A DNA stretch of 64,000 bases from Octopus sinensis (taxonomy: Eukaryota), in contig NC_043002.1 in assembly GCF_006345805.1 (NCBI RefSeq), positions 64,976,001 to 65,040,000 on the forward strand. The letters run 5' to 3'. Numbering within the stretch: the stretch's first letter is position 1; the number at the start of each line of letters is the position of its first letter. Shown here piece by piece: positions 14,001 to 28,814 of this stretch. The notes under the pieces were generated by a model. It was not told the origin of the DNA and ran no database searches. It saw only the letters and a program-made list of their open reading frames with translations. The translations under genes and the position numbers were made by a program.

Positions 14001-15609
14001 CGTTCGGTCCAGAAAATGCAAACACAACAGTACAGTGGGAACGCTTTTTCAGAACGAAAATATGCTGGAAATTTAATTCCACAACATGTTTAGTGCAGGG
14101 AAGCATTGAGGTTTTCCATATTGTATACGCCGGACGAAGTGAACTTATATTAGTCTCTCCGATAGAGAAATATGATCTTGTCTCAGAAGGTAGATTGCTT
14201 AATGGGTTCAGTTACTACAACACTAGGCCTTTCGGAACGCTATCATTTATTTTTGTATGTCTACGAGTTGTGTACATCTTTCAGGTAGTGTCGATGGTGT
14301 TTTTGATGAATTGCCATTTCGCAAATGTTCAGATCTTACGTCATGCGAGACCTTCTAGAGCATGGATGAGAATTTAATGATCCTGAGTGTCACTAGCATC
14401 GAGGGTACTTCCTGGAGACAAAGAACTAGTTACGCTTAGACTGGTGAACGCGGACAGATTTCTTCGGCTGTTTAGCTCTCTTCAGTAATAGTACTTATGG
14501 TGACTGGTATAGCGCTTTGGTTCATATTGGTATTTTACTGCATTATCCGATAGAAATCGCGTCTAAGAGCTTCTGAAACGCAAAAAGTACCATGTCGACA
14601 AATAGCGATCTCAAATATGTCAAAGTGAACCAAGGCATGAAGGTCATGTGTTCTAAGCGATAGCATCGTTTGTGCATAACTTCACCAGATCTGCTCAGAA
14701 ATCATAAATTTGTAATATACACATACGTGTCAAACAGGCCGAAAATATGCGACTTGCGCTGAATAGAAAGAGCAGGGTAGCCGAAGAACTGGTCAAGCGG
14801 CAGATGTCGGAAAAAACCTTCAATGACCGGTGATGGCTTTCCTAAAAGAATTCTATTAGATTTTAGCCAATAGATTATTGTGCAGAAGGGAAAATTATTA
14901 ATTATTAAAGAAGTGAGAAGATTAGAATTGCGTTTAAAAAAAAAGATACCTCGACCTGCACTTATTGGTAAAATGATATCTCAATCAGCTTTCATTACAT
15001 AACTAGGAGATCGTGTTATCAGTCTTAAACTAGACGTTAAAGATTTGATGGGCCCGAATGTAAAATGTGGGACATTGATTGAATGACGCAGTCAGGCATA
15101 TGAGAGTGCGCCATGTCGGTGTGGAATTCAATTCCACGGAGATTAATGAGGTTTACCCGATTGTTTGGCGCAAGATATGAACTTTAGTGGTCGGATTTTA
15201 ATATCTGCTATGGCAGCTTAATGCAACTGTGAGAGAGGAGATATAGTATTGCCAAAAGCCAGTTATGGCAGCTAAGCTATGGTCAGCAGGCGATTGATCA
15301 TACAAGTGGAAAATCGCATGATGTAGATGGTCATTTTACGAGCTTAATGGATAGTCGGGAATCGTTTGTCATTTTTCGTATATTTTCTGCGTGTTTAATT
15401 CGGATATGCACACCACAAACTTGTTTGGATTGCAGATGTCTATCATCACAGGCTGAAGACTAAAACTATTCGCAGTCCCACCCATATAGGAAATGTCGCC
15501 CCATATTTTGTCATTTCAATATTAATAGTTGCCCAACTCTTTATTTTATGATTGTATTTGAAGGAAAACTTTAGACATCGATGCCATATTTCACAATTAT
15601 TCAGAGGAT

Positions 15610-15810
15610 TTTGCCACGCCGGGCAAAATGCATGGTGCCATTTCTTCCGTCTTTAATGTTCTGATTTCAAATTCCGCTGTTGTCGACTTTGCCATTCATC
15701 ATCTTGGGGTCAATAAAATAAGTACCATTTATACACTGGGGCTGATGTAATCGAGTCACCCGCAGCTTTCGAAATTGCTGACCTTGTGCCAAAATTTGAA
15801 ACCAGTATTA
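15610..15810 (+). mobile_element. SINE family B
   Basis: cacgccgggcaaaatgc..tcaaattccgc..gtcgactttgcc..aagtacc..cactgggg. Confidence 0.75.
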
Positions 15811-16149
15811 TGAACCTCTCCTTTATATTATTTCTGGTCAGATTTACAAACATATATTTATATGATATACTGCACTATTATTATTGTGTCTCTATATCTC
15901 ACCTCATACAGACTTTTCATCATATTATCTCATGTCTGCACTTTTGTTCACAACTATCTTAACTCCTAAAATACAATATTTTCGTTCCTACAAAAACTTT
16001 CCATAAGATTTGTAAAGGATATACATTTAACTCCCCAGCTACTATGTAGACATCCACTATTTCTTACACACCATACCGCATAATTTTCGTTGCTTTGTTT
16101 CCACAACTATACACAACTAATAGATCCATTCCCTCTTTCCGTTATTTTT

Positions 16150-16560
16150 TTAGAGGATATAGATACTATTAACGCTTGCATTTGGATGGTTATTCTGAAC
16201 ATACGGCCATTACACTTTGAAGATTCCAATCAAATCGCTTTAATCTATGTCAAGATATATTCACAATACGCTAAAACAGATATCGACCCTCTATTAATAA
16301 GAAAGAGAACAATGAATGCCCTTTACTATGGATTTAAGCATAGATTTAGTCTAATAAAGAATTCCTTTCATGAATGTTCCTTCATTTTAAGTTCTTTTAC
16401 ATTATCTAAATTTGTTACATCTAAGTAATTTTAGTGCAAGTATTCGTATCTTCCTTCATATTCCTATTTTATGATTTCTTTATCTGCTAATTGTATCCCA
16501 TTATTCTTTATTATGTTCCCTTTATACACGCATCGCTGTTATTAAATCTCAATATCTACG
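16150..16560 (-). mobile_element. Old R4/Dong RT remnant (tentative)
   Basis: Broken minus-strand translation (..KELKMKEH..KEFFIRL..LINRGSISVLAY) parallels ASMKEKIRKECYRRV..AINSLAVPVVTY of the element at 38.9 kb. Confidence 0.35.
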
Positions 16561-17454
16561 CGAAGTTCATATGCTGATTACACAACGGTGTATATTTTAT
16601 CTCTGACGTTTGTGAAGGGTTTCAAACTATACACAAAGAAGTGGTGATTTGCATCGTGTTACAGCTAATAATTCACTCATCCTTTATCTTAGTTGTTAAG
16701 GCATCAGGTATATCATTTAAAAAGTGGTACAAGCTATCTTCGATCGATCTTCTTTCATTGATCTTCTTTCATCGATCTAAAATTATTGTACTTATTTCGC
16801 ACTTGAATAGCTTTATTTTATTTTCTGTTTTTACTTATTACTTACAACCAACGCTCGCATTTTCTGAGCAACCCTTACTGAGTTCAACCTTTCTATTATC
16901 ATGTATTGGAATATAAAAAAAAACCTTGTACGCTTTATGATCCTTATTGCTCTTACATATTTCAGGACTCTGATCGACGATACGTGTCGAGAACGATTAT
17001 CATTGCGATCATCTTTTCGTTTTAGAGACATGAGAGAACCTAGGTATGCATTACTAAATATATACTATCCGTATGTACGACAATAAGGTTGATATAAGCG
17101 AGACTTTCTGTAAGAATATCTCATTTGGCAGGAAATGCTGCTGGCGTTATTCTGTAACGCATCTCCACAATTTACGTGGGAAATTAGGACCTGTATTTGC
17201 GTAATACACAATTACGTGCATACGCACGTTTAGGCAAGCATACATATTGCATGCGTGCATACAAGGCTATCTTCTTCATTCTGTATATACATACATTCAT
17301 AAATACATGCATACATGCATAAATACGGGCATAGACTGCCATCTAAAATAACTTTTGAAACAGTCTTATTAAATATTGTACCGCGCAATCAGACTGTTTT
17401 CCTTTTTCCTAATAATAGAATAATTTATTAAGCAACAGTTTAGCTCCTTTCGGT

Positions 17455-17622
17455 GCAAGTCGATTACATCAACCCCAGTGCGTAACTGGTACTTATTTAA
17501 TCGACTCCGAAAGGATGAAAGGCAAAGTGGACCTCGGCAGAATTTGAGCTCAGAACGTAGCGGCAGACGAAATACCGCTAAGCATTTCGCCCGGCGTGCT
17601 AACGATTCTGCCAGCTCGCCGA
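17455..17622 (-). mobile_element. SINE family B
   Basis: Reverse complement: ggcgagctggcagaatcgttagcacgccgggcgaaatgcttagcggtatttcgtctgccgctacgttctgag. Confidence 0.85.
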
Positions 17623-17631
17623 TTCCTATAA

Positions 17632-18192
17632 TTTTGTGATTGAGTTCGATCTTTTCACGTGGCCATTTCCACAAGATACAGTAATTGTCAACTCTGGAAT
17701 AGGAAAGCATTAAAACTGCACAGGTGCTCGTTGCGTTTGGAGGATGAGTTTTCTGATCTAGAACTTGCATAAGTTATCCATCTAATTCACATATATGTGT
17801 GCGGATTTGGGTGCAAGTGCCTATATGTATGTATGCATGTACGTACGAACGTATGTATGTATATATGTATGTGTGTACATATATATGTAAACATACATAC
17901 ACACACATACATACATACAAACATACATACTTACATACGTACGTACATACATACATACATACATACTTACATACGTACGTACATACATACATACATACAT
18001 AAATACAAGCATATTCTTTGGAAGGAACTTATAGAATGCAGTTCTAAGCGACTATATAAGATTAAAGAGACATATGTACGTATATAAGTGAATACTGAGA
18101 AGGCAAACAAGAAAAAAGATATATATATATGTTTAGCTAGGTAGATAGATAGTTAGATAGATAGATACATATATACATAAATATTTACATAA

Positions 18193-18289
<97 letters not shown>

Positions 18290-18742
18290 CAGACGGTTCT
18301 GAATATATAGTGATAGTAATTGACCACGCTTGTAGATTGTGCACAATCAAGTAAAATAAGTTAAATGAAATTCAATCTTCCGGATATTACATCGAGATAT
18401 TCCTAGTTTTATTTGTAAATAAATCGATTCTCTGAGCTTGTGACAAATTTCATTCATTTGTTTGGCGTAGGTAAGACGAAATTGATTGTTTTTTTGTCTT
18501 GTATTTTAACACGTAGTTCCTGAAGTAATAATCAACTCTTTTGACATATTATAAGCCTACTGAACAATTCACCATCAGCTATGGTTTGTACTTCAGAATC
18601 TCGATTCGTATACTTTTGTGATTAAGTTCGATCTTAACACGTGGACATTTCCATAAGTTACATTAATTTCAACTCTGGAATAGGAAAGCATTAAAACTGC
18701 ATAGATGCTCGTTGCGTTTGGAGAATGAGTTTTCTGATCTAG
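17632..18742 (+). repeat. Local direct repeat of ~130 bp (17632-17762 and 18614-18742)
   Basis: Both copies contain caactctggaataggaaagcattaaaactgca..gctcgttgcgtttggag..gagttttctgatctaga. Confidence 0.85.
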
Positions 18743-18961
18743 ATTTCTATAATCATTTACTCGATCCTTTCATCCAATTGAGGCCTTGCTGGGGCACCTT
18801 CCAAATCGACCTCAGTACCCAATTTTAAGGTTTTACATTTTCTACGGCTCCTTTTCCCGAAAGTCATGTTACAAGGGTTCAAAGAAGCCAAAACCTGTTG
18901 TCATGCGGTAGAGGTGATTAACGCTAATTGGAAGACAAAAACACATACATACATTGAAACA

Positions 18962-19009
<48 letters not shown>

Positions 19010-21019
19010 AACCACAGACTTTGGCACAGTTTCCATCTGCCGGTCTACCAAATTCATTCACACAGCATGAATCAGTCAGCGACAATAACAGAATACAATC
19101 ACACAAGATCTAATGCAGTGGGCCTAAGATACGAGACGTTTCTTACTCATACTAAACTATAACTTATACTCATCTCTTTCTGAAGAGCGTGATCTATGGA
19201 TAAATTGAATTTCATATAAATTAATCAACAAGTGTCCCTAAATATGTCGTTAGAATATATATTATAAGTACAAGTATCGTAGATATGCAGAAATTGTTCT
19301 CGTTATAAGATTTACATCAATCCTAGATTCCTATAACAGATTCCAATTTTCTGCGAGAATTTCAATCAATATTTGAGCTGATAGTACTCACTATTAACTT
19401 TCAAAACTGGCACCAATTTAGTTCCGTTACAAGATATCGTGTATATGATATTAATTAAAAGCAAATAATTATACAATATAGCTGAAGTTTTTAATGAAAA
19501 CGAAGCAGTAAAAAATTGATGTCTACCAATGAACAAAATTCACAGACAATGTTTCTATATAATGACTAAATGTACCAACAGCAATTTCATTATCGCTCTA
19601 GGCTCTAAGGGTTCTACATAATACTTATCCCTGGCATCTAGTAAAACCCAGTAAATAAATGCAGTTATACCAAAGAGAGTATCAGTACATGATTTTTAAA
19701 AATGAAGTTAATGAGAATCTATTTCACTCTGATCACCAAAAAATACAGTAAGAAACCTTATAGTAGTTATTACAATTGAATTACGTTTCAAATTTCCCGA
19801 TACTCTCCTACATCCGTTCTTCTTCTCTTTTCTTTTGTCCTCGCATCCTGAGGCCCTCGTTTCTATATTCCTGATGCTTTCCTTTCGAAGTTCATAACGT
19901 TCACCATTCTTCTGCAGTTATTTATTGCTTTTCCTATGTTTCTATATCTTCTATCCCATTATCAGAGATCCTGCTACACATACAAGATTTTTTTTATGAG
20001 CTGATAATCTTCATGCAATCATTAAGATTTAGTCACCAATAACACACAGTTGTTCTTGTTGCTGTATTCGATTCAACAGGTGGTTCTGGTAACATATATA
20101 TATTCGATAAATCATAGGCAAAACGGCTTTCTTTAGATATAGGTGTGCCTATGTGTGGTGTTGTGTGTGTATGCTTGTATGTGTGTGAATACAATTATAA
20201 CGCCGGAATGCAATATCCATTGTTATCAGAAAAATATTTCTTTCGTATATTAGACTTATAGAATAAGCAAGGAACTCTACCAATAGTATATGAATGAAAA
20301 ATATTCAAAAGAATTCAGATCCATAAAAGAGTCTGTGTACGACTCGATGTCGTCTTTCTATATGTCCCATTCATTCCGTGTTTGTTGCTTTTCATTTTTG
20401 ATATTTTTGTTTGTTTTTGTTTTTTTGTTTGTTGTTTTTTACTGCAGGCAAAAAGTATGAATTCATATAGTATTTATATGTAAAAAAAAAATCAGATGAA
20501 CTAGAATCGAATTACTATTTTTGTAACACTATTACACATATGAGTTCACATGTCCGAATTTCCATATCTCCGACGGTTCGGCTATCGTCTTTCTGGGCCG
20601 AAGAATATATTATAAGAGCCGAATCTATGTCGTTGTCATTGCAGTAGATATGTCGTTATGTGATATTTTCATTAAAACGTACAGTATAGGATGAAAATGA
20701 GGAAAAATACCCTTCGGTCTCATTTGTGTGCACCTGTGTGTATTTGTAGGTGCTTGTGTAGATGTGTGTGCCTGTGTGTCTGTGTGTCTGTGTGTCTGCG
20801 TGCGTGCACGGATACGCATGTGTGCTTGATTAAAGCAGCTTTACAAATGAACAAAACAGTTTGAAAACAAAAATAAACAGATATTTCAATATAGGAAAAT
20901 AATTGCAATGTGATTTTAATGATGCTTCTATTTCTAGTGTTGATTCAACTTCTGCTGATGATTGCACACACACACACATACTCGCGCGCGCACAGAGATA
21001 TACACGCAACGTATATGTG

Positions 21020-21971
21020 GTTTCATCGAGACGGCAGAGCAGAACTGCAATTTCGTCATTTTGGTGCTGGTTAAAGCATCCTTGGTGCTCTCCGATAGGC
21101 TCTCGGTCACTATTCATGAGAAATTTGAAGTTGAGCTCCTCCGAATGTCGGCGCACTATAACAGTTTTGAAGTCCCTCAAAAACGCTTGGTGGTATCATT
21201 CAAAAGAGGCATTTTTCTTCCAAGTATCACCAGAGCTCTTTGAGCCGTTTTCCCAGTGGTATCTGCCATGAAGTAAATTTGATGGATTCGGTGTTCAGCG
21301 TTGTTGACAGGAAGAATAGATCCTACACGAAGATAGGTTTGGCCCTGAATTTTGAATCTTGGCATATTGGAGTCTTCATGATGGGGTTTGTGACCGAAAT
21401 TTGTCATCTGGAAGGTAGTGTTATAAACAGACCGATGACGGTGGACTGTTTTGAAGATCATGCAAAAAACCTTTCCGTTTGAGCAGCTTAGCCCACTGGA
21501 TTCTCCAATCCACTTGAGAGCCTTGCAAAATGGACATATCGCAGAGATATCACCTGAAACAGTCTTTCGATGAGTGGCGTAATCACCGGCTGGATCATAG
21601 TCGAGCGACTTTGATGACCATCGACTACTCGATGGCTTCCAAAAGCCATATGCAAGAGTTTTTCGGTGAACAGTGCACTGAAGTCTCATCATCCGATGTT
21701 TATCGTCATATGCCAGCCTCGCAGCAAAAGTGCATGCAACGTTGCGTGCCCGACGGATAGCACATTTTTTCGGGGGTTTCTGCGGCCCTTGCGTCAGCAG
21801 CACGCATTTGATAGGTTTCACGCTGCTCTGGAGTAGTTGCAACTCTAGCAGCAGCAGCTCTTTTCAACAGTCTACAGAACCTCTGGTCCTCAGTTTACTT
21901 AGTCTGCCAGCACTGCTGCCTTGACGCTGCAGAAGACTTTCTGACAATATGTGCGCTCTTTTTAGGTGGCA
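21020..21971 (-). mobile_element. Helitron Rep/helicase N-terminal remnant
   Basis: CPFCKALKWIGESSGLSCSNGKV, YNTTFQMTNFG, FKIQGQTYLRVGSILP, QIYF and RPIGEHQGCFN..DEIAV match the conserved Helitron N-terminal motifs; frameshifted. Confidence 0.85.
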
Positions 21972-22509
21972 TGCATTTATTATCTGGAAAAGGAAAATGG
22001 ATTTTAGTGTACCAAGTGATCATCCATTCTAGTATAAACTAACAAAAGTCCCTTTATTCTTTCTTCCCTCACAGCCTGCGCATAACGTAACAGCGAATGC
22101 CGCGCCGCATACAGTGAAATGTGTATGGAGCTTTCTGAAACATACCTATAGCTTTTGCCATGTGAAGCAAAACTGTTATTTAAAAAAATTGAATCTTTGG
22201 GACGAATCATATGTGATTGTTTAAAAAAGGCTTGAGTACCAATGCTAAGACGTATTTGAAACAATGGATAACAGTCGAAATATCATAATGGATCGTTAAA
22301 CAAGCATCCTTAAAGAAAACAACGCATTGGCAGGTAAACAGAGATATTAACAAATAGAGGGGAGGAAACGGAACATCACCTTTCAGGTAACTCAGAATTG
22401 GCAAAGGTAAGCTTGCCAAAGTTTAATAGAGCTTAAATATGGAGATTATGATTGCTTGGTATTGGATATTCATCGCCTAGTGTTGCTAGTCAATTTAATC
22501 TCGTCGCAG

Positions 22510-23290
22510 GTGGACAGTCGGAAAAGATAGACAAATTTGTTTCACTCTTATATTATCTAACACAAAACTCAAACAATACACAGCAATACACATATATAAA
22601 AATAAATTTAAAAAAGTAATAATACGCAATTACAACATGTAAATAAATAATAAATCAAAAACTGTGAAAACAACTGAAAAATATTCTGTAATGCATTGAG
22701 AAAATATGGAAAAAGTTGAAATAAGTAGACAAAATCCTTTCACTTTTATAATATTCTCTAACAAAAAGCTCAAACTATACACACTAATGCACATGTAAAA
22801 AAAATATATTAAGTAACAATACAGAATTACAACATATAAATAAATAATAAATGAAAATGTGATACCACTAAAAACTATTCTCTAATGCCAATACGCGACC
22901 ATATAGATTAAAAAAGTATGGATGGCCCTACATACAAAAAATTATTTACATACAACGAATTTGGATGTCTTTTAAATTAACATAAACATTTAGTTACATG
23001 AAAACAAAATGACAGCTTCCAAATCATGTTTCCTGACTGTGTCACTGCGCAGATGGACAGTCAAAATAAATAGACAAAATCCTTTCAATTTTATAAAAAG
23101 ATTAAAAAGTATGGAAGACCCTACCTACAAAAAATTATGTCCATTTACGTCCATTTGCGTTGGAGCTCTGGGGAATGTTATAGAGCATTGGAACGTAAGT
23201 GCTGTGTGTGTAAAGTTTGGAGAAAATCCGTTGAGAGTTGTGGAAATGTATGCGTTAGTCATTATACAGACACATACTGTGATATATATA
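22510..23290. repeat. AT-rich imperfect repeats beside the Helitron remnant (probable non-coding terminal region)
   Basis: Repeated blocks agacaaaatcctttca.ttttata and ctaacaaaaa.ctcaaac..aattacaacat.taaataaataataaat; duplicated attaaaaagtatgga..ccctac.tacaaaaa. Confidence 0.5.
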
Positions 23291-23305
23291 CCAGCTCAGT
23301 GTATG

Positions 23306-23339
<34 letters not shown>

Positions 23340-23619
23340 TGTATGTATGTATGTATGTATGTATGTATGCAATTACCTACGTATACACATGAGCTCGAGG
23401 ATTATTTCAGATATTTTATCACCAGGCTACTCTCTTCAAGACAATCAAAAGTTAAAACTTTGGATACTCATCATGATGTTTAACGACGTTTTAGATTTCA
23501 AATAAAACCACACATATTTATGTAGAGATCAATAAATATGAAGATCTCTGTTTAAAAACGAATGACATTTCATCGTTATATCCTGCATATTGTAATATAC
23601 TGGTTTGAAATTGTTTTAA

Positions 23620-24245
23620 CAAAGCCAGAAAGTTTGGAGATGAGTGTAAGTCGATGGCATCGGCCCCAATGCTCAACTGGTGCTTATCTTATCGAACCTG
23701 AAAGTATGAAAGGCAATGTCAACCTCGGGTAATTTGAATTCAGTACGTAAAACGGATGAAATGCCGCTAAGTGTTTTGTCCGGCGTGCTAACGATTCTTC
23801 TAGCTTGCTAAAGTGTTGAGGCGGCGAGGTAACATAATCGTTACGGGATCAGGCAAAATACTTAGCGAATTTACGTTCTGAGTTCAAATTGCGCAGAAGT
23901 AAACCATGTTTTTCATCCCTTTGGGATCGATAAAATAGGTGCCATTTGAACAGTGAGGTTGATATAGTCGACTTACCCCTTCCCGAAATTGCCGGCCTTG
24001 TGCCAAAACTTGAAATCAGTATATTATTTCGAATTGTTAAGATGGCGCGCAAGCGGAATCTTTAACAGGCCAGATAGCGGCATTTCGTCCATCTTAACGC
24101 TGTGAGTTCAAATTCCGCCGCGGTTGACTTTGCCTTTCGTCCCGTTTGGTGTCGATAAAAAGCTACCAGTTGGACAGTGGTGTCGATGTAATTGACTTAC
24201 CTCCTCCCCTGAAATTACTGGCGTTGTACCGAAATTTGAAACCAA
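23620..24245. mobile_element. Cluster of three family B SINEs (one minus 23620-23810; two plus 23818-24020 and 24040-24245)
   Basis: Each copy carries the gttcaaatt../tttcatcc../gtcgat family B core. Confidence 0.75.
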
Positions 24246-24360
24246 TATACGATTTCGAAATAAAACTATATTAATACGAAATGATACGACTTGAATTTGG
24301 AAATGAAACGAAATTTTATCGCAAAATTAACAAACGTAATATTAACACAACCTTTTAATT

Positions 24361-24680
24361 CGTGGCTTAGTGGTTAAGATACTCGGCTAATGATCGTAAG
24401 GTCGCGAGTTTTATTCCCGGCAGTGCGTTGTGTTCTTGAGCAAGTCGCTTAATTTTATGTTGCTCCAATATTTATTTTCCGTTGATCCAAATGAGAATTA
24501 CCTGTATTTGAAAGGATCTGCCTTGTCACTTTCTGAATGATGCTGAATCTGCCTGAGATCCATATTAAGGGTACACGTGTCTGTGGAGTACTCATCCACT
24601 TGCTCGTTAATTTCCCGAGTAGGCTGTTCCGTTGATCCCATCATCTGAAACCCTCTTCATCGTAACAGCCGGAGCGCCAC
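24361..24680 (+). mobile_element. SINE family C
   Basis: Colinear with 3737-4060. Confidence 0.8.
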
Positions 24681-24848
24681 TGAAAGGATGCTGGGCTGTA
24701 GCATGCTTAACTTCTCTGCTAGTTCTTTTGTTTTCTAAAAAATCATCCAATTTTAAATGGGGATGAATTTTACCTTCTGGTATTAATATTGTTTCTGTCA
24801 TTATTTGTTTTTTTAATAAACACACTGCCTGACTCGACACTGAGATCC

Positions 24849-24896
<48 letters not shown>

Positions 24897-25814
24897 TGAC
24901 GGAGGAATCGCTACTATTTCTCCCCACGCATGTCTACCAGTAAAAAGACTAAGGAAGGTGGAAATCACATTATCTGGTTATTCCTGTGGTGATAGCGAAC
25001 GATTGTTTCCCGCTAACGATCCAACATGAGTCGTAATGCGTATTATATGTCCATATGAGAGTGTTCTTCATGGTAGGTATCGCAGTATAAGTGAGGATAA
25101 ATATATGCTTTTGTTATTAATATTGGTTTTGGCGCTATTAATTATTGATTCCATCCATTTGAAGCTAATTGCATTGGAAAAATATGAAATGAAATCGTTT
25201 TACACGGAGAATGCAACACACTGTCCGGTCCGGGGATCCGAACCACGATCATTCGAGCATCAGTGAAATACCCTAAAAACTAGGCGGAGCCTCTTTGCAA
25301 CAGCAAAACTTAAACAACTAAATGATTACAGATTTTGAATTTACCATTTCATTAAAATATTTTATTCCACTACTTATAAGTAACATAACTTTCTGCATTA
25401 CCCCAACTGTTTTCCTTCAATAAACACTAAGTCGGTCTGCGTTTGACCTGAGTCAATTGTAGTTCTGCTTAGCAGTTCCGTCCAACCGTTATTAATCTTA
25501 TAAACGGTGTTGGTACTGCCAAAATAAATCTCATACATATGTTATGATCACACACACGCACGCACACACACACAAACACACACACACACACACGAAGCAC
25601 GTATACACATACACGCGTACACATAGTTACACAGAGGGGAATAGGCGCATATAAATATATGTATATATGTATATATATGTGTGTATATATATATACACAT
25701 ATATGTATATACACATATATATATATATACATATATACATATATTTATATATATATATATACACACACAGATATATATATAGAGAGATAGATAGATAGAT
25801 AGATAGATAGATAT

Positions 25815-25870
<56 letters not shown>

Positions 25871-26612
25871 ATGCTGGGAACTCTATTCGTGTTACGTATA
25901 TACAAATATACATAGAGAGACGGAGGAACTCATATATGTACACACACACAGATATATGCATACATTCAACATATACATATATGTGTGTGTGTGTGTGTGT
26001 TACATGAATATATTTCTCAGCATTTACTTTGCTTGACGGTAACCTGTGTTTCTGTTGTTAGTTGGCGTGCTTCCATCATTGACCACTTCTGATATCAGTG
26101 AGAGTGATAGAGAGCACGTAAACAAAAACAAAACACACAAACAAAAAAAGCACATAACAATAAGAAATTAAAATAAAAAAAGAATATACCGAAACAAAAA
26201 AAATAATAGATAGAGAACCGTAAAAAGATGCAAAACTAGAAAATGGAGTAAATAAGATAATGGAACAGAAATAAAAGTTAGATGAACAGGCGGCTTGTTG
26301 AACGAAATTCTTAAACGTGCAGCGATAGAGGTTTTATTTCGATCTTGGAGGAAAATAATTTCAAGAGGAAAATTGAAGTCTGTTCTTCTTCACTGCTGAC
26401 CAAACCTTGTAAATTATATTGATTTTTGATTGTGTTGGTATTGGTTTAATTCGCGGAGATTGCAAGTCTCTTTTAGGTGAGGGTGGGATGGAGACAAAAA
26501 AGATGGTGGTCGAAACGATATTTTTTTCGTTCATGACATGTCATGATACGTTATGTTGCATGTCGCGTGATGTGCTGGACAGTCAGGCGAATAGTATACA
26601 CACACACACACA

Positions 26613-26653
<41 letters not shown>

Positions 26654-26919
26654 TATATATATAGATATATATCTGTGTGTGTGTGTGTGTGTGTATCTAT
26701 ATTCAATTATCCATATAGTTGATATATAAACGGCGCAAATTTTAGTTATTTCTATGCAGATTGGAAAAATGGACAGCCTTAGTCGATTTTGGAACTTTAT
26801 TACGTTTTCATTAGAGGTGTCTACATCAGTTTGATCAATCGCAGAGAAACAAGGATCTGTTTATATCTCAAAAAATCCTGTAGCTATTATTGTGTATAAC
26901 ACACACACACACACGTACA

Positions 26920-26965
<46 letters not shown>

Positions 26966-26978
26966 CACACACACACAC

Positions 26979-27375
26979 TGTGTGGTAAGTAGCTTGCTTA
27001 ACAACCACATGGACCTGGGTTCCGTCCCACTGCGTGGCACCTTGGGCAAGTGTCTTCTACTATAGCCTCGCCCCAACCAAAAACTCATGAGAAGATTTGG
27101 TAGACGGAAACTGAAAGAAGCTCGTTGTATATATGTATATGTATATATATATGTGTGTGTTTGTGTGTCTGTATTTGTCCCCCTAACAACGCTTCACAAC
27201 CGATGCTGCTGTGTTTACGTCCTCGTAACTTAGCGGTTCAACAAAAGATGTTGATGGAATAATAAGTACTAGGCTTACAAAGAATAAGTCTTGGGGTCGA
27301 TTTGCTCGACTAAAGGCGGTGCTCCTGCATGGCCGCATTCAAATGCCTTAAACAAGTAAAAGAGTAACAGAGTAT
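26979..27375 (+). mobile_element. SINE family A
   Basis: Colinear with 2820-3248. Confidence 0.85.
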
Positions 27376-27469
27376 ATATATAATCTCAAGAATATGGACT
27401 GTGATCTTAAAATTCATGTGGTTTGCATAAACGCGCATAAATTCATCTTAAGATTATTATATTAAAACG

Positions 27470-27665
27470 GCAAGTTGGCAGAATCGTTGGCACGTTGGGG
27501 GAAATACGGAGTGGCATTTCATCTACCGCTACGTTCTGAGTCCATATTTCGCCGAGGTCGACTTTGTCTTTCACCATTTCTGGGTCGATGAAATAAGCAC
27601 CAGCTACTCACAGGGCTCGATATAATCGACTTAATCCCTAACCCCGTATTTGAGGCCTTGTACTT
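27470..27665 (+). mobile_element. SINE family B
   Basis: Colinear with other family B copies; followed by a compound (AGT)n/(AGC)n tract at 27676-27852. Confidence 0.75.
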
Positions 27666-27675
27666 CCAGTAAAAT

Positions 27676-27718
<43 letters not shown>

Positions 27719-27732
27719 CAGCAGCAGTAGTG

Positions 27733-27852
<120 letters not shown>

Positions 27853-28814
27853 TATTTATCCTACGTTATATTGGTATAACTTGATACAAGCCTGAAAATC
27901 TGGCTCTCTAGTCAGCATCATATTTGGTTGTCGGCATAAGGGAATAGGAGCTTAATTTAAATATTCGAAACTTTACCATAAACAGATATATATATATATA
28001 TATATATACATATGGTATATATTTGCATTGTAGCTCATAATTAGTAATACTGCTTAAAGTAGAAGAGGATTTTTGCTCTAAAAAGACAGCTTGTGGTTAT
28101 TCAAATGTTACATAAACGGGAACAATGTTACACCGATGCACCGACATGTTTTCCTGCCTGTGCTACCACAGCTGATGGTTTGTTTCGTTAATATCAGCTC
28201 TGATGTCGTTTTTGTCGTTGTTGCTGGAGTCGCAGCCGGTGCTTGACCTGATGCCAGCAATTTCGAAGCGGCCATTTCCTTCGTAATATTAGTGCTGTTG
28301 CTGCCGTTGTAACTGTCGGCACTGTTTCCTCTGCTGCTTCAGACAACAAGATTAAAAAGAAAAACTCGCTTGACCTGGTTCTTTTTTAAACTCCAGGAAA
28401 GATTAATTCTCTGATCAAAACATTTCCTTCTAGAACCTTGGAATTAGCAACCCCCTTCGAATATCCCCAAGACGGGAGCCGATGTAAGGATGATAACCCA
28501 CCCCACCTGCAGCAGCCGGCATGGAGAAATATTTTCTGTATACAAAACTAACTGACCGTCACGTATCTTTTCCTCCAGCTGTAGAGAGGTTATGCACTTC
28601 GGTCGATTTCAGTTTGACGAGTCACCTATATTATTATTTGGCTTATAGGTGCGAAACTAATGGTTGCTCCAAGACCGGGTATAATATTTAGCTTCCTGAA
28701 TATATATATATATATTTCTGCTCTATACGATAGTGACGATATGTATATATAAAGAGAGAGAAAAAGACAGAGAAATGCATATATACATACTAGGTTGTCC
28801 AGAAAATTTGTGCC

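Noticed and set aside
19180-19215. CTGAAGA motifs here and at ~47615 and ~50386 as hammerheads
   Set aside because: No paired stem II followed by GAAA and no stem I.
19250-20060. Possible very old LINE remnants
   Set aside because: Too decayed to support by eye.
24890-25060. Complex island after (TA)n with CTGACGG and partial self-complementarity
   Set aside because: Could not be folded into a known ribozyme and has no second copy in the window.
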